Shown here: positions 33,481-43,026 of the stretch, one piece after another
Layout: every line of letters starts with the position of its first letter
How positions within the stretch are numbered: position 1 is the first letter of the stretch
Source of the DNA: Porphyridium purpureum
Taxonomy: Eukaryota
DNA length: 64,000 nt
Direction: 5' to 3'
NCBI GenBank assembly: GCA_008690995.1
Contig: VRMN01000010.1
Coordinates: 558,001-622,000 of the forward strand
The notes under the pieces: model-generated
Database searches by the model: none
What the model was told of the DNA's origin: nothing
Seen by the model: only the letters and a program-made list of their open reading frames with translations
Made by a program: the position numbers and the translations under genes

Positions 33481-34365
33481 ATGACGGACGTGCGTGTGGA
33501 CGTGCGCGAACGCCAGAGCTACAGCGTGGCGGAACCGCGCAATGTAGTGGCCGAGCAGCAGGAGCTGAGCACGGCCGATGAGCAGGTCGCACGGAAGGGG
33601 AAGCGAGAGCGCCCGCCCCGCGCGATGTTGCCGGACGAGATACGCGCTCAGCATCGCAGAGCGGACGCGAATCGGCAGCGCGTTCGGCGCTCGCAACTCA
33701 CAGAGGAAGCCCGCAACCAAGAGCGGGCGAAGGAGGCCGAGCGGCAGCGCGCACGCCGCGCGCTCTTGTCGGACGAGGCAAAGGCAGAGCAACGGAAAGC
33801 CGATGCATCGAGGATGCGCACGCGACGCGCGCAGCTCACGGAACAAGCTCGTTCGGAAGTGCGCGCGCAAAAGGCAGCATGGAATCGCGAGCGCCGCGCG
33901 GGGCTTACGGATGAGGCTCGGGAAGAGCAGCGAAAAGCCGACGCCTCTCGGATGCGAGTCCGTCGCGCACAGCTCACGGACGAAACCCGCTCCGCTGTGC
34001 TGGCGAAAGAGGCCCAAAGGCATCGCGAGCGCCGCGCGCAGTTCACAGATGAGCAGCGCACATTAGTGGCGAAGCAAGATCGCGAGCGGCGGGCGCGGCG
34101 TACGGATGAGCAACCTGAATCAGGGGATGAGCCGCGCGCATCGCCGGACGAACAGCAAAGCACGTGCTCCACGCAACCGAAGCCGAACGAGCAACGTGCG
34201 CTGCAGGCACAACGCCAGCGCAAGCGCCGCGCGGAGCGCACGGACGAACAGCGCACAGTGGACATTCAACGGCAACGCATGCGGCGCGCTCCGTTCATGG
34301 ACGAGCAACCATTTTCCAGGGACCGGGCGGAAGTCGATCTCTCTCTAGGGTGTGAATACAAATGA
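33481..34365 (+). CDS. Protein built of 23-aa Arg/Glu-rich repeats (STPR-like)
   Basis: About seven tandem 23-aa units such as RRAQLTEQARSEVRAQKAAWNRE. Intact ORF with ATG and stop. Confidence 0.7.
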   Translation: MTDVRVDVRERQSYSVAEPRNVVAEQQELSTADEQVARKGKRERPPRAMLPDEIRAQHRRADANRQRVRRSQLTEEARNQERAKEAERQRARRALLSDEAKAEQRKADASRMRTRRAQLTEQARSEVRAQKAAWNRERRAGLTDEAREEQRKADASRMRVRRAQLTDETRSAVLAKEAQRHRERRAQFTDEQRTLVAKQDRERRARRTDEQPESGDEPRASPDEQQSTCSTQPKPNEQRALQAQRQRKRRAERTDEQRTVDIQRQRMRRAPFMDEQPFSRDRAEVDLSLGCEYK

Positions 34366-34896
34366 AGAAAGCCGGGGCGACGTCAGGCACGGTGGCGTAT
34401 TTGCTTTTATTTTTTTGCAAGCTTTTACTGGGGAGGTGGGTTGCTTAGAATGAAGGAGCCTGCTGGAAGTCTTCCGAGGTAGAAGCCTCTGCTCCATTCG
34501 CGCAGCACACACACACACTCACCGCCTGCCACTCGCAGAAATGCAAGCACCCAAAAGTACAGTTAAAAACTGTTGTAGTGTTCAGCGCCGGAACTGGAAA
34601 GTCTTTGGTGTTTACCTATAAATATTTTCATAGCGGAATCGGCCAATTAGGTAGAATGTTGTTCAGTTGTGTGTACAGCTTTGCGGTTTTTTTGGTTTCA
34701 GAGTTTCTCAGACGTCCGTGCTTGCGCTGAGGAGCGAGAGGGAGGGAGCAGGTTGGTTCGTGTTTGATTGCGCGGCTTTGCGCTCGTGTCAGAGAGTGGA
34801 CTTGCGCATTCGGCCGTGCCGTCCGTATGCGCGACGTCGTGGTGGTGGTCACTTGTGTTTGGGTGAAAGCCATTGGCGCGTCGAGAGCACGTGGAT

Positions 34897-35868
34897 ATGA
34901 AGGATGTGGTGCGGTTTGGAATTTGCGCCGATGTGCAGTATGCGTCGATGAAGAGTGATGTGGTCAAGGAGAAGCGGTGTGAAAATGTAGGGTCAGGGGA
35001 GGAGCAGGAAATACCGCGAGCTGGGAGTGTCGAGCGCCGCCTTGCTTACCGAGCTGCGCTGGAGCGCTTGCTGCAGGCCGTTGAGGTATGGAACAAGCAG
35101 CACGTCGCGTTTGTCGTGCAGCTCGGCGATTTGATTGATGGCTATGAGAATGATCCGGAACTCTCCCGCGCGGACTTGGAAGCTGTGTCTCGCGCCTTTC
35201 AGGGATTGGCGGTGAAACACGTACTGGGCAATCACTGTCGCGCAGTGAGAATGGAGGACATTCGCAAACTCTTATCGACAGACAGATACTACTACAGTTT
35301 CCAACCCGTCCTCGGCTGGCGAATAATTGTTTTGAACGGCGCAGAACAATTGATTTCTGCCGCAGACGCCACAGAAAGCGAAAATGCAGAGCTTGCTGAA
35401 GTGCTGGAGCGACAAGGGATCATAGATTACGCGCCATGGAATGGACATCTTAGTGATATTCAAGTAGACTTTTTCCGCGTCGAGCTTGACTCCGCTAGTC
35501 GGCGAAAGGAGCGCGTGCTGGTGTGCTGTCATTACCCTATCCATGAGGACGCCGCGCGCAAGTCGCATCTGCTCATCAATCATGCCGTCGTACTCAAACT
35601 AGTCAGACAGTACAATACAACGGTCGTTGCTCTGTTCGCCGGTCACGACCACGTCGGGGGCTACACGGTCGATCATGGTGTGCATCACGTGACGTTCCCA
35701 GCCATGCTGGAGGCAAGTGAAGGCAGCGACGGACAGGAACATAATGTGGAGCATTCGCCTAATGCGTTCGGCATTGTCGAGCTGCGTGCGAACGGAGACC
35801 GCATTCTGATTCAAGGGTATGGCGACGTGCCCACAAGAGTCCTTGTGGCTGGTGGAGCTGAAGGGTAA
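34897..35868 (+). CDS. ADPRM: Mn-dependent ADP-ribose/CDP-alcohol diphosphatase (metallophosphoesterase)
   Basis: Motifs FGICADVQYA, QLGDLIDG, LGNH, HYP, AGHDHVGGY. Confidence 0.88.
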   Translation: MKDVVRFGICADVQYASMKSDVVKEKRCENVGSGEEQEIPRAGSVERRLAYRAALERLLQAVEVWNKQHVAFVVQLGDLIDGYENDPELSRADLEAVSRAFQGLAVKHVLGNHCRAVRMEDIRKLLSTDRYYYSFQPVLGWRIIVLNGAEQLISAADATESENAELAEVLERQGIIDYAPWNGHLSDIQVDFFRVELDSASRRKERVLVCCHYPIHEDAARKSHLLINHAVVLKLVRQYNTTVVALFAGHDHVGGYTVDHGVHHVTFPAMLEASEGSDGQEHNVEHSPNAFGIVELRANGDRILIQGYGDVPTRVLVAGGAEG

Positions 35869-35977
35869 GGACGCGAAAAGACCGATTGAGTCGCTGCGGC
35901 TTCGCGCATTGGTATGCGAGCCTGCCAAAAACGGCACGCAACAGCGTGTCTGCATGAGAGATAGCCTTGTCACATAT

Positions 35978-37360
35978 TCATTGTATGGACTCTGGGTGTT
36001 GCTCCCGTGCAAGTTCAGGTACAAGTACGGGCTCTGGCAATGCGTCCGACACCGGCTCCGGCACAGGCTGTGGCATGGGGTGTAGATCCAACTCTGGTTT
36101 CAAGTGGCATAGCCGTGTATCCTGCAGCTCGATTTCGAGATAGTACTTGTACCTGAGCCACGCCTTGTAAGTGCTGACGAGCGTGGCCACCCAAAACGCG
36201 AAAAACAACACGGATGCAGCGATGAAGATGCTCTCGAGCCACTTGTACTGAGCCGTGACCTGTCGCGTAACTTCCTCGGTGGATAAAGCGAACAGCAGGG
36301 AAAACATGAACATCGCAATGGATGACAGGGTCTCCGACAAAAACGCCAAGAAGGCATTTGTTTTGCGCACTTGAAGACTCAGGCCAAACATAATTCTTCT
36401 CACCACGCAAGAAAGCATGAGGACGCTACCAAGAATTGCGAATACGCCAGCCAGGGCAAAACAGATAATTGCGCCAGCATCGTCCGCGTTGGGCAACAGG
36501 AAGAAAAATACGACTCCGAGCAGGGCATACAAGACGCACACGACCATCACTTGGATAGTACGCATGAGGAGCGCCTGTCCTCCGGCCCAGCGCTCCCTGT
36601 ACTCTGGCAAGAAGGAGACGCGGCGTAACTTCTGTTCCATGCAACGCCCACACAATGTACCAGATCGCATGTACAAACCGTCGAGTCCGCCAAATCCGCC
36701 GCCAGTCTCGTGCTCCTTTAGTACGGAAACGACAAGCTGCACCTCGATCACAAACAAGTCCGTTCCGCGCGACCCAACGGGCAGATTCACCACACACTTG
36801 TCGAGAAGAAGCGAAACTTCAGCAGGCTCGACCCGCTCACCGTTGACTATGAACGAGTCATGAACTAAAGACATGTTTTCGTCCATCGCAAATTCAATGC
36901 ATTCTCGCTCGTGCGCTGAGGACGTCCCCTCGTCGCGAGAAGAAACACTCAGCTCACGCGGCTGCCCTTGACCACCGCATTCGTGGTCCTCTTGGTCCGG
37001 TGACCGCCTGCGTAATGTCACAACTGTAGTCACAACATTTTTCTTTGCCTTTGACCCGACCTCAGCCTCCTCACTGCGCGCTGTTTGACGCCGCATACCA
37101 CACCATCGTGCCGTTCGTGTCTTGTTGTTGCCAAGTTGAGACGACTCAGTTTCCTGTGGTCGTTCAGCAGCCCCATCCTCCAAGCCGTCTCTTCTCTCGT
37201 CTGCGTCCTCGGCGTGTCCGAAAGTTTCCGCGTCGGAGAGCGCCACGGTGTCACCGAAACTTTCACCGTACACTACGCGACTCGCGTCGACACGTTCAAA
37301 GTTCAGTGCAACCGCCACCACGTCGGCGACCAACGGCGCAAGATGGGTTTCAGCTGCCAT
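35978..37360 (-). CDS. Membrane protein: degenerate aminopeptidase N (PepN) N-terminal domain fused to four TM helices
   Basis: LDGLYMRSGTLCGRCMEQKLRRVSF resembles PepN LEGLY.SG..LCTQCEAEGFR.ITY. No HEXXH. Four hydrophobic segments and a PEP-repeat tail. Confidence 0.65.
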   Translation of the reverse strand: MAAETHLAPLVADVVAVALNFERVDASRVVYGESFGDTVALSDAETFGHAEDADERRDGLEDGAAERPQETESSQLGNNKTRTARWCGMRRQTARSEEAEVGSKAKKNVVTTVVTLRRRSPDQEDHECGGQGQPRELSVSSRDEGTSSAHERECIEFAMDENMSLVHDSFIVNGERVEPAEVSLLLDKCVVNLPVGSRGTDLFVIEVQLVVSVLKEHETGGGFGGLDGLYMRSGTLCGRCMEQKLRRVSFLPEYRERWAGGQALLMRTIQVMVVCVLYALLGVVFFFLLPNADDAGAIICFALAGVFAILGSVLMLSCVVRRIMFGLSLQVRKTNAFLAFLSETLSSIAMFMFSLLFALSTEEVTRQVTAQYKWLESIFIAASVLFFAFWVATLVSTYKAWLRYKYYLEIELQDTRLCHLKPELDLHPMPQPVPEPVSDALPEPVLVPELAREQHPESIQ

Positions 37361-38351
37361 CTCCGGCTTCCTATGCGCTGCGAAACACGCGGCCACGAAT
37401 GACTCAACTCGCAAGTTCCTGACACCGAGCAAGTGGTGTTGTCAAATGTCGCCTTTCTGCTCCCGTCGCACGCGAGTGCGCCAAATCGACTGATGAGGGC
37501 ACGCGTATAGAATTCTGCCGCGTGAATGTTGTGCGTGAGCAACTCCAGACAAAAGTAGAACACCAGCCAGGAACTCTGGATTGCCGAGAGCCAAACGGCG
37601 AGCAACCACCTTAATTTGCAGAATACAAACACGGGACGCCGTTCTTCCAAAGCGTGCACTGCGACGTTGTCGCCAGACCAAGCGGCGGGTCTGAACGCCT
37701 GCCACGCGAATGTCCAACACTAGACGAACGCGAGCACACGTGCCGGTGGCGTAGGGAGCCGCAGATGCAGGACGCGTGTGTGCCAGGATAAGCTTCACCG
37801 GTCTCACAGGCCACGCCGACCTCGTGTCTCCCCTGTTCCTCAACAAAATCGCACACGCTCAAAAAATAATAATAATCAGTGTACCTCCATTGACGCTCGA
37901 TCTTACGAGGTACAGCTTGACACTTCCGGAAGTGTTACACTGTACCCACTCAGACACCGAGAGGTTCAGTTCCTGCAAGCAGAAACGGGACGTTTCATAT
38001 GCTGCGTAGGCTTCTCGATTTGCATAGTAAAATGGCCTGTTTTTGTGATCCGAGCGCGGTGTTTAGGGTGAATGGATATGCTTACATTTGCTTACGATGT
38101 AAGCAGCGCGGGAGTATTTCGGATTCAAGCGTTTGGTTGGGCACGGCAGCGCGAGATATAAGAGGAAGCAGGATGTGCGAGATGGAGCCACAGAAGAAGA
38201 GCTCGGAGCATACACATTCAACCAAGATCATCGAGATATAGAGAGAGCATCTACAAGAGGAAACAAGTCGCTTCATTCGATCCGCAAGTCAGCACGAAAA
38301 GGCGCGCAGCGGCGTTCGTTCAACTTACAGATTTTGTGAACGAAAAACAGG

Positions 38352-39164
38352 ATGGAGTCGCTTCCCAAGCAAGTCGCAGCACACATTTTGTCAGTGGTCG
38401 GTCCCGATGAAACCATTATTGACGTGTATCACCCGACGCCGGAGCTGGCGACCAAGCGAGCGCGCCAGAGCTACATCGCGTTTGTCAATCCATTCGCGTT
38501 GCTGCTCGCGCCGTTCATCATCTACGGCGCCGAGTTTGAGCGACAGAAGCTCGGGAATACGTATTATGTTGTTACGGACGAGGCAATTTACACTATCGTG
38601 CTGGATATGGATAAGCGCGGCAAGTGGGTAGTCACGAATGGAAATAGCTTGTCTCGGCTGCCATACGAACAGGTCGTGCTGGCATCCGTCGACACGCCCG
38701 GACAGGGCTGCACATGCATGCAGATTCAGCACGCGTTTGTGCAGACGTCCGGCATTGCCAACAGATACGATGAATTCTCAGACACCAATGTCGTGCAGCC
38801 AGCGGGAGAGTGGATGCTGGTGGAAGACCCGCATGCGATGGTCGTGCAGATTAACAACGCAATGCGCGCATGCAAGAAGCGTGACCGCGCGGTCGAGGTG
38901 CACACGGAAGTGACAATGGTCCAGACCGGGTCGAAGGAAAAGCGCGTGTTTGTGTCCAGCTTACGCACTCCGGACGACGTGCGCGTGGCCACCATTCGCA
39001 CTGATATGGATATTCCAGCAGTCCGCCTCGCCGTGAGCGAAGCTCTAGACCTGCCAGAGCAGAATTGCAGCGTGCAGCTCATGTACGCGCCGGGACAGTT
39101 TAGTGTGGTGACACGCGCAGAGAATATTCGCGACAACGACAGGCTTGTGCTCGCCGAAGTCTGA
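38352..39164 (+). CDS. Unknown protein: TM plus PH-like (bPH) segment and C-terminal ubiquitin-like (KHA-like) domain
   Basis: Clean 270-aa ATG ORF; hydrophobic AFVNPFALLLAPFII, then YYVVTD.AIY, ending IRDNDRLVL. Domain calls are tentative. Confidence 0.6.
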   Translation: MESLPKQVAAHILSVVGPDETIIDVYHPTPELATKRARQSYIAFVNPFALLLAPFIIYGAEFERQKLGNTYYVVTDEAIYTIVLDMDKRGKWVVTNGNSLSRLPYEQVVLASVDTPGQGCTCMQIQHAFVQTSGIANRYDEFSDTNVVQPAGEWMLVEDPHAMVVQINNAMRACKKRDRAVEVHTEVTMVQTGSKEKRVFVSSLRTPDDVRVATIRTDMDIPAVRLAVSEALDLPEQNCSVQLMYAPGQFSVVTRAENIRDNDRLVLAEV

Positions 39165-39294
39165 ACGATCTCACCATGCGTTACAATCTGTTTCCACATC
39201 CTAGATACACATCTTCACCCAAACTCTTTCGCGGTTCCATGCAAATGACAAATTGGAGCCAACTAAATTCAGGAAGAGACTTCATTAAAAGGCA

Positions 39295-42183
39295 CTAAGC
39301 CAGGTATTCGTACACGCTATTGTTGTTGTCGTCACGCTTGAGATACTCTCGTACAATCAGGTCCTCAATGCGTGTCTTGATTTGCTTCGGGTCAGGCTTA
39401 AACACGGCCATCAAAAGGCGTGAAACCTCAGCCACCAGCTGCGAGTGCTCCAGCTGCTTTTTCTGCTTCATGACGCGCACAATGGCCGCCTCAATCGAAT
39501 GCTTCCTATCCTCAACGACGCCATGCTGCGTCGCTGCCTTCTCTTCTTGTGACACGCGTGCCGTGGGCGTGGGAAGCGTAATGCGCCGACGCAGTGGCTT
39601 AAAATCAGTATTCAGTGCGAAGACTTCGTCGTCCGTGATATCTTTGCCTTTGCCCCTGCGCACTAACAGAGCGACTTTCTTAGTCAGTGACACAACAAAC
39701 TGCTTCACCAAGTCGGCGTCCGAGCTGCCCAAGGCGTCCAGAATTTGCTTGAATGTGAGCTCGTCCTTGTAATTGTACTGGACCAAAATGCACGCTTGAT
39801 GAGTACTGACCTGCAACTCGACGCGTGGCACCTTGGCGTTGGTTCGATACGCCGCCGTGTCCACCTGGCACTTGCCGAGCGGATGCACCCACCGCAAAAT
39901 GCGCTGCGAGGTCTTTTGGTCGTAGTACTCGCGGAACGAAGTGATGCAGCGTTCCAACTCCATCGGGAGCGTCAGCCGATCATCCTTGTACGAAGGCCAG
40001 TGCCCGGAGGTCAAAACACGCACCGAGCATTCGACGCCTTCAATGTTGACGGTCGAGGCCGAACTCTCCATGTCAGAAATCTCCTCGGACGTGGCCACGA
40101 GCTGGAAGTCGCGTGACGGCTTTGCAACGGGGTCGCGAGCTTGTTCGACGCTTGCTCTTTCAGTCGGTGATAGCGCAACGTCAGGAAGCGTATGCGCAGG
40201 TGGTGGAGGCACCGGCGGACCGGGCGCTGACCGCGGCGGAACTGGAGGCGTTGACATCGGTAATACCACACGAGACGCGGGACGAGCGTATCCCGTAGGA
40301 GTACCGGTTTCGTGACCAGGTGCAGGCGCAGGCACAGGCGCAGGCACAAGCGCAGGCGCAGGCGCGGGCACAGGCACAGCTGGTGTCGAGGCGGGCGTGG
40401 TTCCTCCCATGTTAAATTCTTGGATACGTCCCTCTGCGATCGCTAGCTTTCGATCTTCGAACCAACGACGAAAGCTTCGCTGCATGTCGCGAGACAAGTT
40501 CATGTCCGTGATCATGCCTTCCAACTTTGAGGTGTAGTGTGCGCCGCAGCGCAACTTGAGCTTGGCGATCAGGGACCGCTCGGCATCGTCCGAATGGCTC
40601 TTCTCGAGCAGCAGTCGCTTCGCAAGCTGTTTTCGCGCAAACGCAGAGAAAACATCCTTCTCGGTCAGGAAATTGAAAAGACGCACAATGCGTTCCAACT
40701 GGTCTTCTACCTGGTCTTCGCCCATGCGTGCGCCAATGCCGCCGACGCTCAGGAGCGAGTCGCAGTAATTTGCGAACAACTCCGCACTGCTTGTCTTACC
40801 CACATGAAAATTCAAGAACGCCTCGAACGCCTCCTTCATAGCCTTGTGGAAAGGTAAGCTGTCTCCAAAACAGTTGATTACCAAATCATAGTAGCGCTCA
40901 TGAAGCGCCAGAAGCTTGACAATAAACTCGGAGCGATCTGCTGAACTTACCCCGACGCCAATCAGTGGGGTATTGCCAGCACCACCGCCTGCAGCACTTC
41001 CAGTAAATCCGTCCACTAGCCCGCTCACCGAGCCGCTTGTAGTCCCTGTGTCCACGTCCATTCCTGTCCCACCAAGGCTTGCCACCGACACAGCAGGCTC
41101 CAGCCTGAGCTGCGCAGCTGCTGGTGAGGTCAAAGCACCGCCTCCAAATTCGCTCCTTGACGAGCCTGCCGCGTGTTCTTCCTCCTCTCGCGCAATACGC
41201 GCCTTGTACTCATTCACCAGTTGGAAGCCGTCCTTCTCGATATGCTTCGAAAGCATCTGCGCGATCGGCTGAAGCCGATTCTTCATATTCACACTAGAGT
41301 ACAGACGGTAGAGGCGCGACAGATCGTCGCGCTTATCCTGTTCGAGGAGTGCGACCAAACCTGAATTTTCCTTGGCTAGCATGGTCGCTTGATGAACGCC
41401 CAAGATCTCTGTCTCGCAAACGCGCATGAGCCCTTCGTACGTATGTGCATGTAGGTACGCCACCCGGCGCCCATTTTCGGCTTCCACGCATAGCTCGGCT
41501 TTCAAAAGAAACTCTGGGAACGAGCACTGGTCCGCCCATACCGCCGATTCCTTCTGGTAATACTCGGCCGTCGTCTTCAGGAATGGGTTCTCGAGCTCCT
41601 CGATATACACGTCCAGTTCACTGGCACTCATCTCCACGTAAATAAAAACGACCGACTTGAGAAGAGAGCGATCGACGAATTCGCCCTGTCGTTCCCGGTA
41701 TATCATGTCTAGCACGGCGCTCCGCACGTCGCCCTTGACTTGAAGAAAGACCTCCTGGAGGAAACATTGCGAGCCAAGCGCTTGCAGGGGGAGCTTCTCG
41801 GCACGCTTGACATGAAACCGGTCCAAATAGTCAAAGATCTTCTTGATCCAACGCACCATGATGTAGTGGTTGTTCCAGCGGCGCACGAGTTCGTCAAGCA
41901 TAAACGGGCCATGGACTTTCTTCAAGCTCGGTAGCGCCGTGCGGTTCAAGTACGAGCACATGGCACCACGCACGTGCTCGTAAAGCTCCTCAACGTACGA
42001 CGCGGGATGGCGCTGCGTGCACATGTTATACACGGTGGTGTAAATGAGCATCCAGTCCTGTGCGCGAAAGGTGGACCTGTAATCCGCGCTCGAATTCAAG
42101 CATTCCTCGAGCGGCACGAAACCGCGCTCCATGATGAATGCCCATCCCTCTTCGAGCTCAATTCCCTTCCCCGCTGTCGCCAT
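39295..42183 (-). CDS. Cullin (CUL1-like), intact
   Basis: Motifs YTTVYNMCTQ, FDYLDRF, EKDVF..F.RKQLAKRLL, KLEGMITDM, VLTSGHWP and neddylation motif IEAAIVRVMKQKK; low-complexity insertions. Confidence 0.95.
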   Translation of the reverse strand: MATAGKGIELEEGWAFIMERGFVPLEECLNSSADYRSTFRAQDWMLIYTTVYNMCTQRHPASYVEELYEHVRGAMCSYLNRTALPSLKKVHGPFMLDELVRRWNNHYIMVRWIKKIFDYLDRFHVKRAEKLPLQALGSQCFLQEVFLQVKGDVRSAVLDMIYRERQGEFVDRSLLKSVVFIYVEMSASELDVYIEELENPFLKTTAEYYQKESAVWADQCSFPEFLLKAELCVEAENGRRVAYLHAHTYEGLMRVCETEILGVHQATMLAKENSGLVALLEQDKRDDLSRLYRLYSSVNMKNRLQPIAQMLSKHIEKDGFQLVNEYKARIAREEEEHAAGSSRSEFGGGALTSPAAAQLRLEPAVSVASLGGTGMDVDTGTTSGSVSGLVDGFTGSAAGGGAGNTPLIGVGVSSADRSEFIVKLLALHERYYDLVINCFGDSLPFHKAMKEAFEAFLNFHVGKTSSAELFANYCDSLLSVGGIGARMGEDQVEDQLERIVRLFNFLTEKDVFSAFARKQLAKRLLLEKSHSDDAERSLIAKLKLRCGAHYTSKLEGMITDMNLSRDMQRSFRRWFEDRKLAIAEGRIQEFNMGGTTPASTPAVPVPAPAPALVPAPVPAPAPGHETGTPTGYARPASRVVLPMSTPPVPPRSAPGPPVPPPPAHTLPDVALSPTERASVEQARDPVAKPSRDFQLVATSEEISDMESSASTVNIEGVECSVRVLTSGHWPSYKDDRLTLPMELERCITSFREYYDQKTSQRILRWVHPLGKCQVDTAAYRTNAKVPRVELQVSTHQACILVQYNYKDELTFKQILDALGSSDADLVKQFVVSLTKKVALLVRRGKGKDITDDEVFALNTDFKPLRRRITLPTPTARVSQEEKAATQHGVVEDRKHSIEAAIVRVMKQKKQLEHSQLVAEVSRLLMAVFKPDPKQIKTRIEDLIVREYLKRDDNNNSVYEYLA

Positions 42184-42664
42184 GATGTGGCGCGTTCCGC
42201 TTGACACTGAGGCCGCAAACCAACGCACCCAGAATCTCCCCAACCGCAACTCCACCTCACGCTCTGCTTCCGTGCTTCGCCAGCATGCCCATGCACCGCG
42301 GCGCTTCCAACGCGCGGTTCCCCCTTGTCCTTCGCGACTGCGCTACTCACTCCAATCTCTGCCCAGCGCGCCGGCCCCGCACGGAGCTGCAACACAGCCG
42401 CAGACCACCGACGCGAACGCGCGTTGCGATGCACACAAACGCGGCGCGACGCGTGCTCACACCACGATGATCCCCGGTCCCAACCCCTCCAAAACGCCAC
42501 GACGCGCGCGCTCGGCGAATGTCCGCCCGCTCCACCTCCCCCCCTCCACGCAGCGCGCCCGGCCGCGTCCCTGCCCCCGCCCCCGCCCCTTAGCCTCTAT
42601 CTGTCGCGACACCAACCACGTTGCCTTTCCCCCCTTCCACACAGCATCCCGTCCCACAAACACA

Positions 42665-42666
<2 letters not shown>

Positions 42667-42697
<31 letters not shown>
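42667..42697. repeat. (CA)n microsatellite upstream of the cullin gene
   Basis: Directly visible, about 15 units. Confidence 0.95.
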
Positions 42698-42699
<2 letters not shown>

Positions 42700-43026
42700 G
42701 TCACGCTCGTCCTGCACGAGCCGCCTCCAACACAGCACGCGGTCGCGCCTGCGCTTCGGTCCGAGTCATCTACTAAATCGTGCGTGTTTTCATAGAGAGT
42801 GTCTCCCATACTCAGTCGGCTCCTGACGCGCTGCCGGGGATGGACAGTCAGCACTCCACTGAACACGCTGCGGAGTACAGCTGAAAACAGTTAAGTACAG
42901 CTGAGTTTACTAAGGTACAGTGTATGGGGAACGGGTACAGTGGTATGGGGTTTTGGGCGCAGGGGCCCAGTTGAAGAGGTGAGGGTTGGAGCAAGAGGAG
43001 CATGAGTGGCGTGCAAGTGGACTGGA

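Noticed and set aside
33620..34110. CRISPR-like or non-coding tandem array
   Set aside because: The 69-bp periodicity is codon-degenerate protein repeat, with no constant repeat and unique spacer structure.
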